The position numbers and the translations under genes were made by a program. From contig CM120643.1 of NCBI GenBank assembly GCA_051362555.1, positions 15,288,644 through 15,352,643 of the forward strand: DNA of 64,000 nt. The letters run 5' to 3'. The stretch comes from Lingula anatina. Its lineage: Eukaryota > Animalia > Brachiopoda. Shown piece after piece: positions 13,901 through 27,711 of the stretch (its first letter is position 1; every line of letters begins with the position of its first letter). The notes beneath the pieces were generated by a model, which worked only from the letters and a program-made list of their open reading frames with translations, was not told the origin of the DNA and searched no databases.

Positions 13901-14850
13901 TTCTGCAATGCAAGGAAAAAATGTACTAAGGTGAAGGTAGAGCAAAGGCCTTGTTTTCATTTTCTTATTTATTCATCTATTTACTTTGGCATTTTAGTCT
14001 AATCTATTACTGAATTAGTAACTGAAGCAGTAACTGAATTAGTTCTAGAAATCTACTGACTAGGTTAGGTTAGGTTATTTGATTAAAAGTAGGTTAGCCT
14101 GGACAAGAACCATTTGAATGTTGCAAAATAGTAAACATCTTCCAAACAACTAAATTAATTAATTAATTAATTGAAATAGAATAGAATAAAACTTATAAAT
14201 TTAAAAAAAAATGGTATAACAAAACAAGATAAAACAAAGTAATTTTTCCATCCCTGTACTCTACGTCACACTAAAATTGTTCATATTTCATATCCAAATT
14301 TTAAAATAAATAAATAAATCCAATACCTTATCCCTATGCCCCTTCAAAATATCTTGATTATGATAATATTTGTGTTTTCCTCTGAAACTGAGGGTGTTGG
14401 GATTTAAATTGTTCTATAAAGAGACTGTGAAACAAAGGGTACTCACTCTAAACTCCTCTAATGGAATCTCATCAAACCTGCCACTCATCCCAGCCCCAGC
14501 ACTGTTGATCAGCATGGACACTGGACCTAGGTGAGCCTCTGCCTGGGGAGAAAATAGAACTTTCACTTATACCAGTATGTAACAGGATAGCTTGGCTGGG
14601 AATCTCAGTCTGTTGGTTCCGTTATACATACTGTACCTTTTCAAAGTCTTCGTACAATAACCCATTTCATTTGTTCATATGTTATTTTAATTTGGTCACC
14701 ATCGTAGTTTTTATGACATTCATGTCACATGCATATATTTGATGGCTCATTGATATTTCATCTACTTATATCGGTACTAAGTAACTAAATTCATTTACCA
14801 GGTAACTATTTATATAATATTATACTTTATACTGGTACACTCACCTTAAT

Positions 14851-14934
<84 letters not shown>

Positions 14935-17425
14935 GTGCTCATATTCAATATTAACAATGTATTTTGAATTCAACCATTTATGTAAAAAATCATACATATA
15001 CATTTAGTGGTACATTGATTAAATTGATATAAGCACATGTATAAAAGAATACCTTTCTTATCACTTGTTCTACTTCTCCATAGTTCTGAGATATGTCTGC
15101 TGAAAAGCACTGGATTCTCTAGAATATAAACAAAATCAAAACAACATTATGATGGTCATTTGAAATCATCTACAAACACTTTTCAAAATGGTTTTTAAAA
15201 TTTAACATTGATCAGTTCTGTACATACAAGCTCAGTTAACTGTAACTGGAGAAAGCTATTTTATATAGAACTGGATCTTATAGTGAATCTCAATGATAAA
15301 GCACTGGGAAAAATCCTTTTCTCTAAAGCTAAAAGTCTGAGTAAGAAGTTGATACAGTAATGCAATCTGTGACACTAGCGCTTGCCCCAAGACAAATACC
15401 AGTAAAATTGTAGCTGGGTCATTAAAACTTTGCACATTTGTTCAGTTGTATTTGCGTAAAGCCATTAGATTCTTAGATAATGCGGACTGAAAATTTTTGA
15501 AAAATTTTATTGATCAAAAAGTATGAATTCTACAAAATTAATTTAAATTTCTAAACTTAACACTTAAAGGTTTATCTTAATATAAGAAAATAAAGGTCAC
15601 TGTATGATCACTTTGTGAAATCCTAACATGTCTGTATTTAACATTACAGTAACTATGCACACACATAAAGCTGTGTGTGCACATGTAGCTATGACAGAAA
15701 ACATAAACAGCCCGTCTTATTTATGGATTTTTAAGATTATTATTGTGATATAATTACAATCCCTCATACCCCTCCTCAACAGGCCTGAATCAAGAAAAAA
15801 ATACATTCTGTATACAACAGCAGCAAAGAGAAGTATTTTCAATTGAAAAGTTTCACTGCAACTGATTACAAGAGAAAATGGCTTGACAGGAGTACCTCCG
15901 TAACAACAAAGAGAGAGAGAGGGAGAGATGGAGCAATTCCAGTATTCAACTCTTTTTTCTGAAAGGGACAAAGTGTACACACATTTAGTACATTCATGTA
16001 CTAGTAAACCATCACTTGCTGATCTTGGCTGAGGACAAGTACTAGTAATGCTATTTGATATTTTTTTGAAAGATAAATGCCATGAATGAAAGACCCAAAA
16101 ATATTCTAACCTGTCAACCACCTTGACAAAGTTTTGAATTTCCTGCAACCAAAAAGTCAGTTCTCAAAGTGATAGCAGAATTTGAAAATCCTACTCTTAA
16201 CCATGGGTTAAGGACTATTGAATTCTTCCAGAATGTAATGTCAGTGTCAAGAAAGAAAGATCAAAAGTTGTTTAGTTGGAGAAAAATACCAATTACTTTA
16301 GGAAAATCTATTAAGTATGAGTTTATTGTCACATGAAAATCTTCTACTGTGCACCTTTAAGAGCTGAGAGCAATATGGCAGACATTTTACCTGAGTACTA
16401 CTGCCATTACAGCATTTTTCTACCTCTTCACGAGCTTGTGTAAGTCTTACCTAAAAAAGTAAAGAGTTTATTCATTACAAATCACAAGCAAAGCATTAAA
16501 TCAGAAAATTCTAAACATCTTTATATTTTTCAACATAACTGATACATAATATTCACTTTACAGTGAAAGTGCAAATTTAAGCCAGAATGCTTGATGAGAC
16601 TATGAAGAAAGTGTGTGCACGTGCCCATGTGTGTGAGAATGTGTATGAATCAATGTGTACAAGTATTTGCATATGTGTGTGAGAGTACTACCGGTACATG
16701 TTCTGTATGTGGTACATTGCCAAATTCAATCTATGTAGGTACAATTTTATTCCACAGTAATTTTCCCTTCCATATTGTATTTTACCTCCCATTTTATTCC
16801 CATTTTTTCAGCAACTTCCATTGTTACAAATAATACTCATGAGGGTATGGTGAGATTAAAATACCCTTATAGGAAAAGATGTATACTGGAGATGGGGGGG
16901 GGGGGGGGGAGTATTAATTGATCTATTACTAGTACTTACAAGATTTCTAGCGACTAGTGTTACATTTGCTCCCTTTTTAGCTGCTGCCTTTGCAATACCT
17001 AGACCAATCCCACTCGAACCTCCTGTAACCTATAAATAAAACTGTACGATTATGTGGTGGAATTCTGGAGTTCACCCCTATATTGATGATTGAAGTAGCA
17101 GTTTTAGATTAATATCCGTTTTTGTGCACATGCCTTTAGCAAGCGATCTCCAAAGACATAGCACCAAAACCCAAGTGTAAGCACTGATATATACTTGTTT
17201 TATTTCTACATGAAGTAGATACTTAAGTACGTAAATTAAAGTGGCCAAGTTGAGTAAGACGAGTTCTGAAATTTAGCAGTCAGTACTCTGTAGGGCCATG
17301 CGCAGCAAACTCACCAAAACATGGGCACCTTGTACCTGAAACGCCTTTGGCGCTATAATAGGAGACAGTATATACAAAATTATAATAAATACAACAAAAG
17401 AACAAGCAACTATTGTCCAAAACAT
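10907..17425 (-). CDS. KDSR: 3-ketodihydrosphingosine reductase (SDR family), 333 aa, 10 coding exons
   Basis: Exons 17425-17315, 17029-16940, 16450-16391, 15118-15053, 14542-14447, 13902-13711, 12668-12585, 12170-12087, 11885-11784, 11023-10907; all GT-AG, all phase 0. N-terminal TM segment, [13 protein letters not shown] motif, NSAG, YSASK catalytic motif, KDSR-typical [13 protein letters not shown], and C-terminal KPKEQ (KxKxx ER-retrieval type). Confidence 0.97.
11274..11534. mobile_element. PIF/Harbinger-type MITE in the last KDSR intron
   Basis: ~47-bp imperfect TIRs GGC(C/T)CAGTTT...CACTGGATAG(C/T)GCT...GATAACACT with a CTG target-site duplication (11271-11273, 11535-11537). Confidence 0.8.
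14855..14932. repeat. (CA)n microsatellite
   Basis: About 39 CA units in KDSR intron 4. Confidence 0.95.
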
Positions 17426-19690
17426 TTTGCGGCTCAGAGAAGTTGCAAGAAGCCGCAGCTGCTTTCTACCTCTACATGCTAAAGAGCGACCGAGAGGAAT
17501 CCAAGACACCCCTACCGGGGTAGAAATGAAATATGCAATTATCAAAACGTTTATTCATTGGATATTTAAGACCCAAAGTAGGTGGTTAATACTCACGGGC
17601 AAATTGTACCTGGTGCCAGGAAAAATTATTTTCATAATTACTTTAATAATTTTAATTTATTTATTAAAATAATTAAAATTCAAACCATAGAAGGTAAACC
17701 TCCATGTTCCAACTATTCTAAAATGGTCCATGTAACTTAAATACACTAAGGCGTAATGGGCAGAGAATATGTGCATTCATAAAAAAATGAAAGTAATATT
17801 TTTTTATTTCAAGGAATACACAAAACAATTTCCTCTAGCAACATTTATTGCCGCATTTTGTATGTTATAATACACATTTGATGATATACACAGGTACTAT
17901 GTCAATAAATGATATAATTATGGCAATCTACAGAATAGCCTGAATACTAAATTGTCTGTAGACCTCTTTTTAAAAATGATTTCATCTCATAGTTTATGAT
18001 ATCTAAAAGACTTGTATGACACAATTATACTGGTACTGATAATCATAAACATGATCACAAATAACATGTCTAATAACGGCACCAAGTTTCTAAATGCTGA
18101 AATGGTAGACTAGATATTCAAATGTTAACTGGAAGACTAAATCTCAAACAGCAGTTGTCAAAATTGGACAAACTTCAGCACCTACAGGACAGTATATACT
18201 TACTATACTACTTACTTATCAATATATTCTCTGAGAGACTGATAACTTGTCATTGTTCAAGATTTTCTTGGCGATTCCATAATGATACTTTCATTGTTTT
18301 GATCCAAATTATTACTAGTTTGTTCCTTCAAAGGAAAAATATTATTCCTTACAAAAATACCTTTATCTTTGAACTATAAGATAAGAAATTAGGAGCAATA
18401 AACAAACTGTATAATGGGTTGTTCTTTCTGTTTCATACATCTCATTTACGCCGGCTAGAAGATATCTAATTAAAGCCTCTATATAAAATATTTCCAAGTT
18501 CATGTTTTGTTATTTATATAATTCCTTGAACACTGGCAGATCTTGACCTTGGCAAACAATGTGTTGAAAACAATCATACAATTCCCCTCAGCATCAAGTA
18601 CACATCAAGGATACATCAGGGATCCCACAAATAGTGGGACTGGAGACGTAGTTTCAGTGTTTTCCAACCATTTCGAAAACATTTTGTAATACGTGGCCCC
18701 TACCACTCCAGATCACCCCAAGTTTGAGAGATCACTGGAAATGTCACAGGCATGCTGACAACAAATGAAAATGTCCAGTCATCTCTGAATTTCAGGGTGC
18801 TGAAGGCATGATAATCAGTGTATCACAACTGCATAAGAAAATAAAAATCAAATTCGGAATCTTTGCAATCTCTATGACTTCCACATTTCTAGTAGTCGTT
18901 TCCTTTCAGTCTCCCATTTAAGGTAGGAAAAAGTATGAAAAAAATAAAAACTTATGGGACTAAGACTTCCCTACAAAAAGCTAGCACAAACATTTTATAA
19001 ATATGCATATTTTGCGATTTTAAGTACTTTGTATATTTAAAATTGATATATATGTATACCTATATATTTAAACTTAAATACATCAGATAAAAACTGTTTG
19101 TATGCGATATTAAAAACAAAAGCCCTATAATATTCAAATATATATACCAATGTAATTGTTTACAGGCTTCAAGACTGAAATATTTGGTTTAGACAAATGA
19201 TATGATACAAAATGAAATAATAGCAAAACCTCACTGTATTATGTCAATCAGACGACAGCACTGTGAATCACCTGACTATGACAACAATACTAAATATTTC
19301 CACTGCAGATTGCACAATTAAATATTTTTCCAGTGTGTTAATAGAGACTTCCCCCTCTTCATCTTTGCACTATTCAGCTGATATGTAAAATCGTACCTGC
19401 AATATAACTTAAAGCAATACCATGACAAGAGAGTTAATGCTTTTAACACAAACACACAAATGCTGACTAAGAAATTTACACTTAATCTCAAATGTCTTAC
19501 AAACCACTCAGGTCTAAAAGGCATCTTGCTGATATTTGCACTGACAGATCTCTACAATTTTCTAGCAAGTTCAGACCATTGTAAAACTGCAAGATCGTGG
19601 TATGAGTAAATCTACGTTAATCTCATTCATAAATGCAAGATGAGTGTCACAACATCACATCCTCCACCTAACCATTACCAGACTTTTTTT

Positions 19691-21799
19691 TTACAGCTTC
19701 TCTTTGAAAACTGGTTTGTCATCATTTTTATTGCGGTGCTTCCTGTTGTCTTCCTGCACACCATCCACTAACTCATCATCATCATCGACCTCATTTTTAG
19801 ATTGGCAGTTGAGGCACATTGGCGTGCTTTTCCCGTAGTCCAGACACTCGCTGCTGATGCACTCACAGCACCCTTGCTCGTGGAACCAGCGGAATCGTGC
19901 AGCGCCCATGGATTTGCAGGAGTACTTGCACTTACTGAGGGGCATACACTGCGACATGAAGGCCACTGTGCAGTTACGATTGTCTGACGGGATGTAGCCT
20001 TGCTGATGCCGCATCTTGTGCACATCTTTGTTGTTGGAATCTGAAATAGTTATTTTAATACAATAACTAGGCAGGAAAAGCCATCAAAGGCACAGACCTG
20101 TACCTCCTTCAGTTATTACAAAGATGACAATCTTGATTTATTTCAAAATTAGTAATGCTGATGGATAAACAATGTTCATACCAAGGTCAATGTAAAGAGA
20201 AAATGAAACAAACAAGCAAAATATATTTGCCCTTCATTTGTGAACCTTGCGGTAACTTAAAACCACATGATCTGTACTCAAACTATCCAACAGAGTAATT
20301 CTGTTAATGAATAAAAACTTGTACCAGGTTATAAAAACATTCACCCAAATCATTTATATGGGGGGAAACATTAAGCCAAAAATAAAAAAAATAATTTTGT
20401 CCCAAGGATCAAAATCAATCCTCACCAACATCAATAGTAAATTCCACCCCATCAAAGCCCTCTGGTTTGTACACAAAGCCAGGCAGCTCCTGATATGCTG
20501 GGTATGTGTGGATTGTCCAGCGCATGTGGACGTCTTCCTCGGCGGTCAGGATACGGAACAGTTCAGGGACAGGGTCAGCCAGGTCCTCTATAGAGCTGGT
20601 CTTGGTCATCATGCTGGCCTGGGTCAGCTCTGGACACATACCTGAGAATGTAACACCATGTATTTACTGACTGCAAGACACTGTATTCAGACAAGAACTG
20701 CTCCAGGACATAATTTCTATAAGTTAAAGAGGATTACACACATACTCATTACTTGATAACCTCTGATCTCTTGATTGAAATTATTATAAGAAATTATAAG
20801 GCAAAACTTGTCAACTCCTTCATATAGTTATCAAGATGCACAGTGATAATGCCACACCATTGTCAAAGAGGAAGAAAAGAATTTATTGTATCTTATGCAT
20901 CATTATGGTTAAAATGTACATATGGATATAACTACTGTGTACGTTACTTATATACCAGTATGTATAAATCTGCCATCATCAAAGTGTTCCCCTGATTGTG
21001 TTTTCATATCATTATTACTGCTATAATTTTATTCTTGTATTGTTAAGTGTCCAATAAAGGAGAAATTGCCATCTCTTCAGTGGGAAAAAGGTGAATTCTA
21101 CAGATACTGTATTTTTATTTACTTCATTCTTAAATGAGTGGCGGCAACAAAACTGAAAAGCAGACCACTTCATAGTTCTATTTTATATGTAAAAACACCA
21201 CACACTACATAAAGAGATATATATTTCAATTATTCCAAAATTATGTATCAAAAAGATTTATAATTTTTGCCCATTGAAAAGGAGGCATTTCCATACAAGT
21301 ATTTTTATGGCTGAATGTACACATACACAACACACCATTTACACAGTTAACAAAAAAGTTATAAAATCAAACCCTCATTCCCATTTTGTCATTTTAAATT
21401 TCTTTTTCTAGTTAAACTAAAAAACACTGAAGCTGTGAAACAAAATCATCTTGTACACTGGAGAATTCTCAAATTCAGAAAAAGTGAGAAGAAGGAGTGG
21501 AGGCAAAAATAAGTTATACCCCTCAACAGCATGTATTTTAAATAATCCATATTCATTTTCCCCCCAAAGTATGACTTACCAACACAGGAACAGCACTCTG
21601 TGTACAGGTCCTCCAGACACTGATGGCACCCTTTGCAGCAAGTGCAGTTGGACATGTCCACCATGTTGCACTCACAGGCATCTATCAGCTGACACTTGCT
21701 GACCAACGGGGCGCACACATTCTCATTGCAGGCCTCTGTGGCATAGAATAGCCCTAGCACCAGGACAACCAGTGATATGCAGGGTGCAAAGCCTTGCAT
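19691..21799 (-). CDS. TWSG1: Twisted gastrulation BMP modulator, 261 aa, 3 coding exons
   Basis: Exons 21799-21580, 20641-20426, 20040-19691 (phase 1/1). Signal peptide, CNENVCAPLVSKCQLIDACEC...CCSCVGMCP, PVPELFRILT, NCTVAFMSQCMPLSKCKYSCKSMGAARFRWFHEQGCCECISSECLDYG are the Tsg cysteine-rich domains. Confidence 0.97.
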
Positions 21800-22867
21800 T
21801 GTGACTGACCTGTAGCAGAGAGAAGGAATATAAAATCAACACATTTGGATAAATGCTATTTTTCTTAGTGAATAATTGTCCATTTCAGAAGTAAGTAAAG
21901 AAAATTCCAGCTTCATGAAATATTTAAATATCCTACAGCATGGCTTCAAACTGGACTGACCATTGGCTTTCAGTCTCACAGATGAGGTCTCAAACAAGAA
22001 TTACAAAATCAGAAACATCCAAACAAAACTGGTTTTCAATGTCATACTATAGATATATTTCTTCATTCGTTTAATATGCATTCTATAAAGCAAAGTACTT
22101 CCATTTATTTCAAAGAATAAAACATGCTTCTGAAACAAAAAAGAAAAAAAAAAAGAAGAAAAATGCAGAGTAGTAAACTAAAATATTCCATAAACTGATT
22201 ATTCTTTCTGAAGAGAAATTATGAGCACATCAACTGACTGCCCTTTAAGGAGATATAAGGCATCTCCAGTACAAGTATGTACATACATTTTCACCAGCCA
22301 GAAATGCTCTGTTATGATATCACACTTCTCTCTCTCTCTGTTTACTCCATAATTCAATCTCTTTTAAGACATTATTATAATAATAATAATAATATCATCG
22401 CGTTTAATTTGATGCTTGCATGTATTCTACTATGTTATTGTTAAATACATTGAGCCTTAGATGATAGTGCCTTCAATAAAAAGGTTTCCTATTTCTGTAG
22501 TGCAATCATACTAATCCAAAGCCAGCTAGATGTAAAAACAGCAACAATAAAAATGTTCACACAAAATACCATCCTTTCAAACATTCATTTAAGTTTCACC
22601 ACAAGAAGGCATTCTATCCACACTATTAGATCTAATTTAATCTATTTTCATATTGCATCCGAGTTCAAATTGACAACAGTAACAATACCTTGTATGCGGA
22701 AAACTCACACATGGTTGATCACCGCAAGACCAATTTAGACAAGACATGACAAATTGAGATTGATAAAAGTTTTTTTCTTTGTCCCCAAATGCCAGCTAAT
22801 TCAATAGTTACGTACAGAAATTGTAAACATGTGATGTCTTACTCTGCATTGCTACTGTGTCACTTAC

Positions 22868-22997
22868 CGCCTAAAGAATACAGTTACAGATGAACACAAA
22901 CCGCTAAGCTGTATATTTCACTTTTCCCTTTTATTCTAATCGTTTTGTTTGGTGCAAATGGCTGACCTTGATGACAGCTACCCTATGTCACTTCCGG
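22868..22997 (-). promoter_or_regulatory. Probable non-coding first exon and ETS-type promoter element of TWSG1
   Basis: Strong donor G|GTAAGT at 22868/22867, acceptor at 21810-21811 just before the ATG, and CCGGAAGTG (ETS/GABP consensus) at 22989-22997. Confidence 0.55.
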
Positions 22998-25989
22998 TTG
23001 GACAATTTTCTATCGCTATTTTTCCATGTCAGAATTAAGAACCGAAAAGGCCTGTGTAAATTGAGTTACTTTTAAATAGTTCTATTTTCAATATTTTAGT
23101 CAATCATCTTAAGGTGTAGTAATTTACTGCTGTGTAGTCTTAGCACCAGACAACACGTAATTCAAAACTGTGATGCTGGGTCCATGCTAACCAATTTTTT
23201 CAAGTGAAGATGACTTAAATTTCGACACAGGAATTTGGATAAATTTTTGCAGCAAAAACAATAGGCTACTTCCATGTTCTTTTATTTTTTTCAAAATATA
23301 CTGATAATTTTTTTTATTTCAAGGAACATTATTTCTTCTATATTTTTATGCGTTATTTCCTGCATTGAATATCACTGAAACGCCATGAGAACTAAAGCAT
23401 AATTATTTAATATTTAGAAAAAAGTAGGCCTAAATAATGAAAAATTGAGAAATACACTAGTTGTATGACAGCTCAAAGGTTTTTATCAATAATATTTTTG
23501 AGTAGGTACATTTACATTGATATGTTTTCTACATGTATAAACAGTGAAAATTTCAAGCAAGTATGAAGAAAAATGTAGATGTTACGACCCTTTTAGTAAA
23601 GTGCATCTTTTTCAGTGTCATTCTGCAGAATTAATAGAATTCCCCAGGTGAGCTTTTGTTCAAAAGATCACGAAGATCTCCCTCATGTGTTCACTCTGAG
23701 ATAATCATCCCCAGAAATGCACTGCATGACGTCACGCCTAGCCCACTGCGCGTGCGTGCATTTTTAATGAGTTGCTAGATTGCCATAGAAAAATGGGTAA
23801 TTCGTGAGAATTGACAAACTAACGGCCTGATGCCGATAGACAGCAGCGCTGTGCTATGCTTCAAGCAACTCCTGACCAAATATCGCTAGGGTTTTTAAAA
23901 AAATTCTGTTGTACACACGTACTAAGAAGATTGCCGTATATTGCCTAGACTACCCTCAGCAAAACGCAAATATTTTCAGTAATAGTGATTTTAGACGGTA
24001 AATTCACTCAGAAACAAAGGGAAATTAATTCGTTGCCGATAGCACCAGCTGATAGCAGTAACATACAGAGTCTGATTAAAAAATTTCATGGCAATTGAAT
24101 ATATTCTACCACTGTACAATGGAGTCCAAAAAGAGCACTTGGCACAAATGTAAAACTGCCCAGTGCAAGGCCAAGAATTCAATCAGTATTTTCAAACATA
24201 TTATCAGATTCTACATAAATTGACTGACCATATCACTACTCAGTATTTAACTAATCTCTTAATCCAAAATTCCTATCATCATTTAATAATTATGCAAAAT
24301 TCTTCTTTCAGATTGCTATTTATTTAAATTTTTAATGCTGCTACTGTTCCAAAATAATCTTGTAGTAAAGGAAAAATGCAAATAAGAAGTGGAAGACCAA
24401 TTTTACCCACAGTATTCAATTATTTGAATATATAAAGAATAAGATCACGATTTAACAAATTAAAATAATCTTTCATGAACTCTTTCATGAATAACATATT
24501 AAACAAAAATGAAAGTTATAAATCAGTGGTAATGGCTTATTCTGGAATATATGACCTCTGTAGGCCTACATCATCAGTAGGCCTACCTGACTTGGTACAT
24601 TATAGTTACTACTTGGATACAGAGTTAGATTTAATAATGTAACAATAAGAACAATATATATTATAATAATAAACTTCTCTGCACATATCAGACGCTTGTT
24701 ACCATGAACTAACACTACTTGACAATGGGCTGAGCACTTATCACAGAGTCTGCGTGCGATGCCATTGTTGTGCTGTGATTGGTTAGTTGAGTCACGTGAA
24801 GCCCTACTGTTGCGCCCTCGCGTATCGCGTAAATGCTGCACATTTCTGGCCATGTTAAGCTCCAATTCCCTTTACATGAAATAAAAAAAACTGATATATA
24901 TTTGGATCTCAACGACTATAGGCCCCTAGGCCTAATATCTTATTTGTTATAAAATGTACGGCGGAAAGCAAAATTTTTAATTTATTTCTCATGTATGGGA
25001 AACTAAATATTTACCTGTGCAAATACCTGAAACAAATAAGACCCCAAGCCTCCAAGGTCTCTTGCTTCACACAAAATCTTTATATCACGTTGAAAAAAAT
25101 GTTGCTTTGCTTCATGGTTTATAGGCCCTGCATGTAGCCTACGATAACTTTGTTAAGTAGTGGGCACAGGGGCTGCCAACATTTATTTAAAGGGGAAGGG
25201 GAAGAAACCATTTAGATTTCGATTTTCGAGCTGTGTTTCAAAAGTTTTTCAGTTTCTCGACTATCAATTTTCATTGTATTATTATTAATATTATTATAAA
25301 ATCATTTTTATGCTGTACGCTTAGGCCTATAAGGGAGCGAACGATCGAGTATGACTGCGCGTGCGTCGGTGTGCGTGTATACAGATGAAAGGAATACTTT
25401 ATTTACGTGCATTTGTGCTTTTCGTATTTTCATATTGTATGCATATCAATAGCTTGTTTATTTATTTCTGTAGCCAGAATAGTACAAATAATAAAAAGAA
25501 TTTCCAGGGTGATGACTTGACAAACCTTTATATCCTGAAAAGGGTTAATACCTGCACTGGTACTGTGGGCCCTATATTACTTATTCTGTTCATCAACGCG
25601 AATAGTAAAATGCTTTTCCGAATATAAAAAAGCTTATGTATATTTTAAATGCAAAACATTTTAAAAAACATTGAAAATTGTCTATGAATACTAGTTTAAA
25701 AGAAATGCAGCATTTAGCTGTGATTTCAAACACTGATAGGCTGTCGGTTCAGCCGAGAACGTAGGCCTACAGTGTAACTGGAGTAACAGCTCTTTTCGAA
25801 AAAGCCATTTTTAATTATCAAACACTTATATAGTTTTAATGACGTTTTTTCTTCTTTAATAATAATAATGATAATAATAATAATATATATTAATATTGCT
25901 CAATAGAGCAAGCCACGGACTTGAGAATTATAGGCCTATAAATGCAATAATACCTGTACAACCACGTAACGACACTTCCCAATGGGACC

Positions 25990-26920
25990 CTCAGCTAACC
26001 TTCTTATATTTGAAAATGTATGTTTTTTCACAAATTTGAATTCTTTTGTGACTATCGCAAGCTGTTTTACAAGTAAATGTCTTATTACAGTCTTTGCATT
26101 TAAATGGTTTCTCACCAGTGCGAATTCTTTCATGATATCAACGTAAGTTGTTTTACGAGTAAATGTCTTAACTATACAGTAGGCCTATACAGTTCTGACA
26201 TTTGTATGTTTTTTCACCCGTGTGGGTTTTTTTTGTGACTATCGCAAGCTGTTTTACAAGGAAATGTCTTATTATAGTACTGGCATTTGTAAAATTGGTC
26301 TCTGTCTTAGCGTGAATTCTTTCATGATGTTCAAAATTTCTGTTCGGGGCTAAATTTATTCATTTTACCTTTCGGGTAAAAACTGTCTCACACTGAAATA
26401 GCTAGTAGAGACATTTGTCACATTTGTGGATTTCTACTACCCTGAGTGTCAGAGCAACGTAAAAGCTAGCTTGTAATTAAATATAACTTGTGATGGAGTC
26501 GCTTTTACCGGTATTGCTGATATGGGTTATATATGAAATCAAGATCGAGCTGGCAATACTGGAATCTAGAACCTAGGGTAATTTCTACATGAGTCAGTCC
26601 TAATTTACAGGAATACATCTGGTCACAGAGTTTGCACTTGCGTACCCCAGTGTTTTAAATACATAGTAAATGTATTCAGCACAATATAATTTTATGTTAA
26701 TGCCCTGTCAAAGTAATGCCATGTTTGTGACGTTTCTCTCCTCTGTGGCCGGATTTCTTTCTGTCTAACGCAATTAAATTTTTGAAGGTAAAAGTCTCAC
26801 CACCGACATTCTTATATATTTTCCAATGTCTGTCTCTTTAAAACTTTCATGTTATTAGTTTTTTTTTTTCAATCTTTTGTCAAAGACGCACACACTTTTT
26901 TTGCAAATACTGCATAACTA
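25990..26920 (-). pseudogene. Decayed tandem C2H2 zinc-finger gene
   Basis: Minus-strand fragments HHERIH, YKCQY.NKTF.CKTACDSHK.THTGEKTYKCQNC and HERIRTGEKPFKCKDCNKTFTCKTACDSHKRI with frameshifts and stops. Weaker CSICKK-like remnants extend to about 26920. Confidence 0.8.
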
Positions 26921-27437
26921 ATAAAACAACAAATATACATTTTAAAATTCATTCAATACGTTTTTGCATTTGCACACGTATCATTTAGTATTATATATTA
27001 ATTTACATTGCGCTCCCTGCCCCCCCCCCCCCCCCCCCCCCCCCATTCAAAGAAGTACATGAGGGTATAATATATGGCTTAAATGTGTATATGTAATCAG
27101 GCTTTTTCCAGCTAAGATTATCCCTATTGATTATGAGGTCAGTATATCAAAGGCCAATGTCCTATGGACTTTCAATAAAAAATCTTTTTTGGTCAATAAT
27201 TATATTAAATACAGTGCACTAGCAGATTTATTTCTTATACCCATGGGAGCTTTTAGGTTGCCTTTCCAGATTGCCTTTCGCAGGTAATGAAATTGTTCTC
27301 AATTCTGTCAAAAGGTGACACATTTTCCTTCACTTCCAATGAACAAGATAGGACAATATCAAGAGTTGTTTTAAGAACGCTCCCTTGCTGCCCTATACAC
27401 CGTCTTCCTAATTTCCAATACAAATAAAACTTGTATC

Positions 27438-27711
27438 TGAAGTAAAGAATATGTATTATATGAAGTAAAGAATATGTATGATATAAAGTAAAGAATATGT
27501 ATTATATGAAGTAAAGAATATGTATTATATGAAGTAAAGAATATGTATGATATGAAGTAAAGAATATGTATGATATGAAGTAAAGAATATATGATATGAA
27601 GTAAAGAATATGTATGATATGAAGTAAAGAATATGTATCATATGAAGTAAAGAATATGTATTATATGAAGTAAAGAATATGTATCATATGAAGTAAAGAA
27701 TGTGTATTATA
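27438..27711. repeat. 23-bp minisatellite, about 12 copies
   Basis: Unit TGAAGTAAAGAATATGTAT(T/G/C)ATA in head-to-tail tandem. Confidence 0.95.

Noticed and set aside
17426-17545. Longer KDSR N-terminus suggested by the ORF track
   Set aside because: The ATG at 17425 has good context (AAAATG) and gives the expected ~333-aa protein starting with the TM segment; the upstream part has no KDSR character.
19691-19705. Tsg C-terminal KEKL as a KDEL-type ER retention signal
   Set aside because: It lacks the acidic residue before the final Leu (xxEL), and Tsg is a secreted protein.
23109-23960. Possible TTAA-targeting (Kolobok-like) non-autonomous transposon
   Set aside because: The interior looks repeat-like, but I could not identify convincing paired termini or a TSD.
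27438-27711. CRISPR-like array
   Set aside because: Head-to-tail 23-bp units with no unique spacers and no cas genes; it is a minisatellite.
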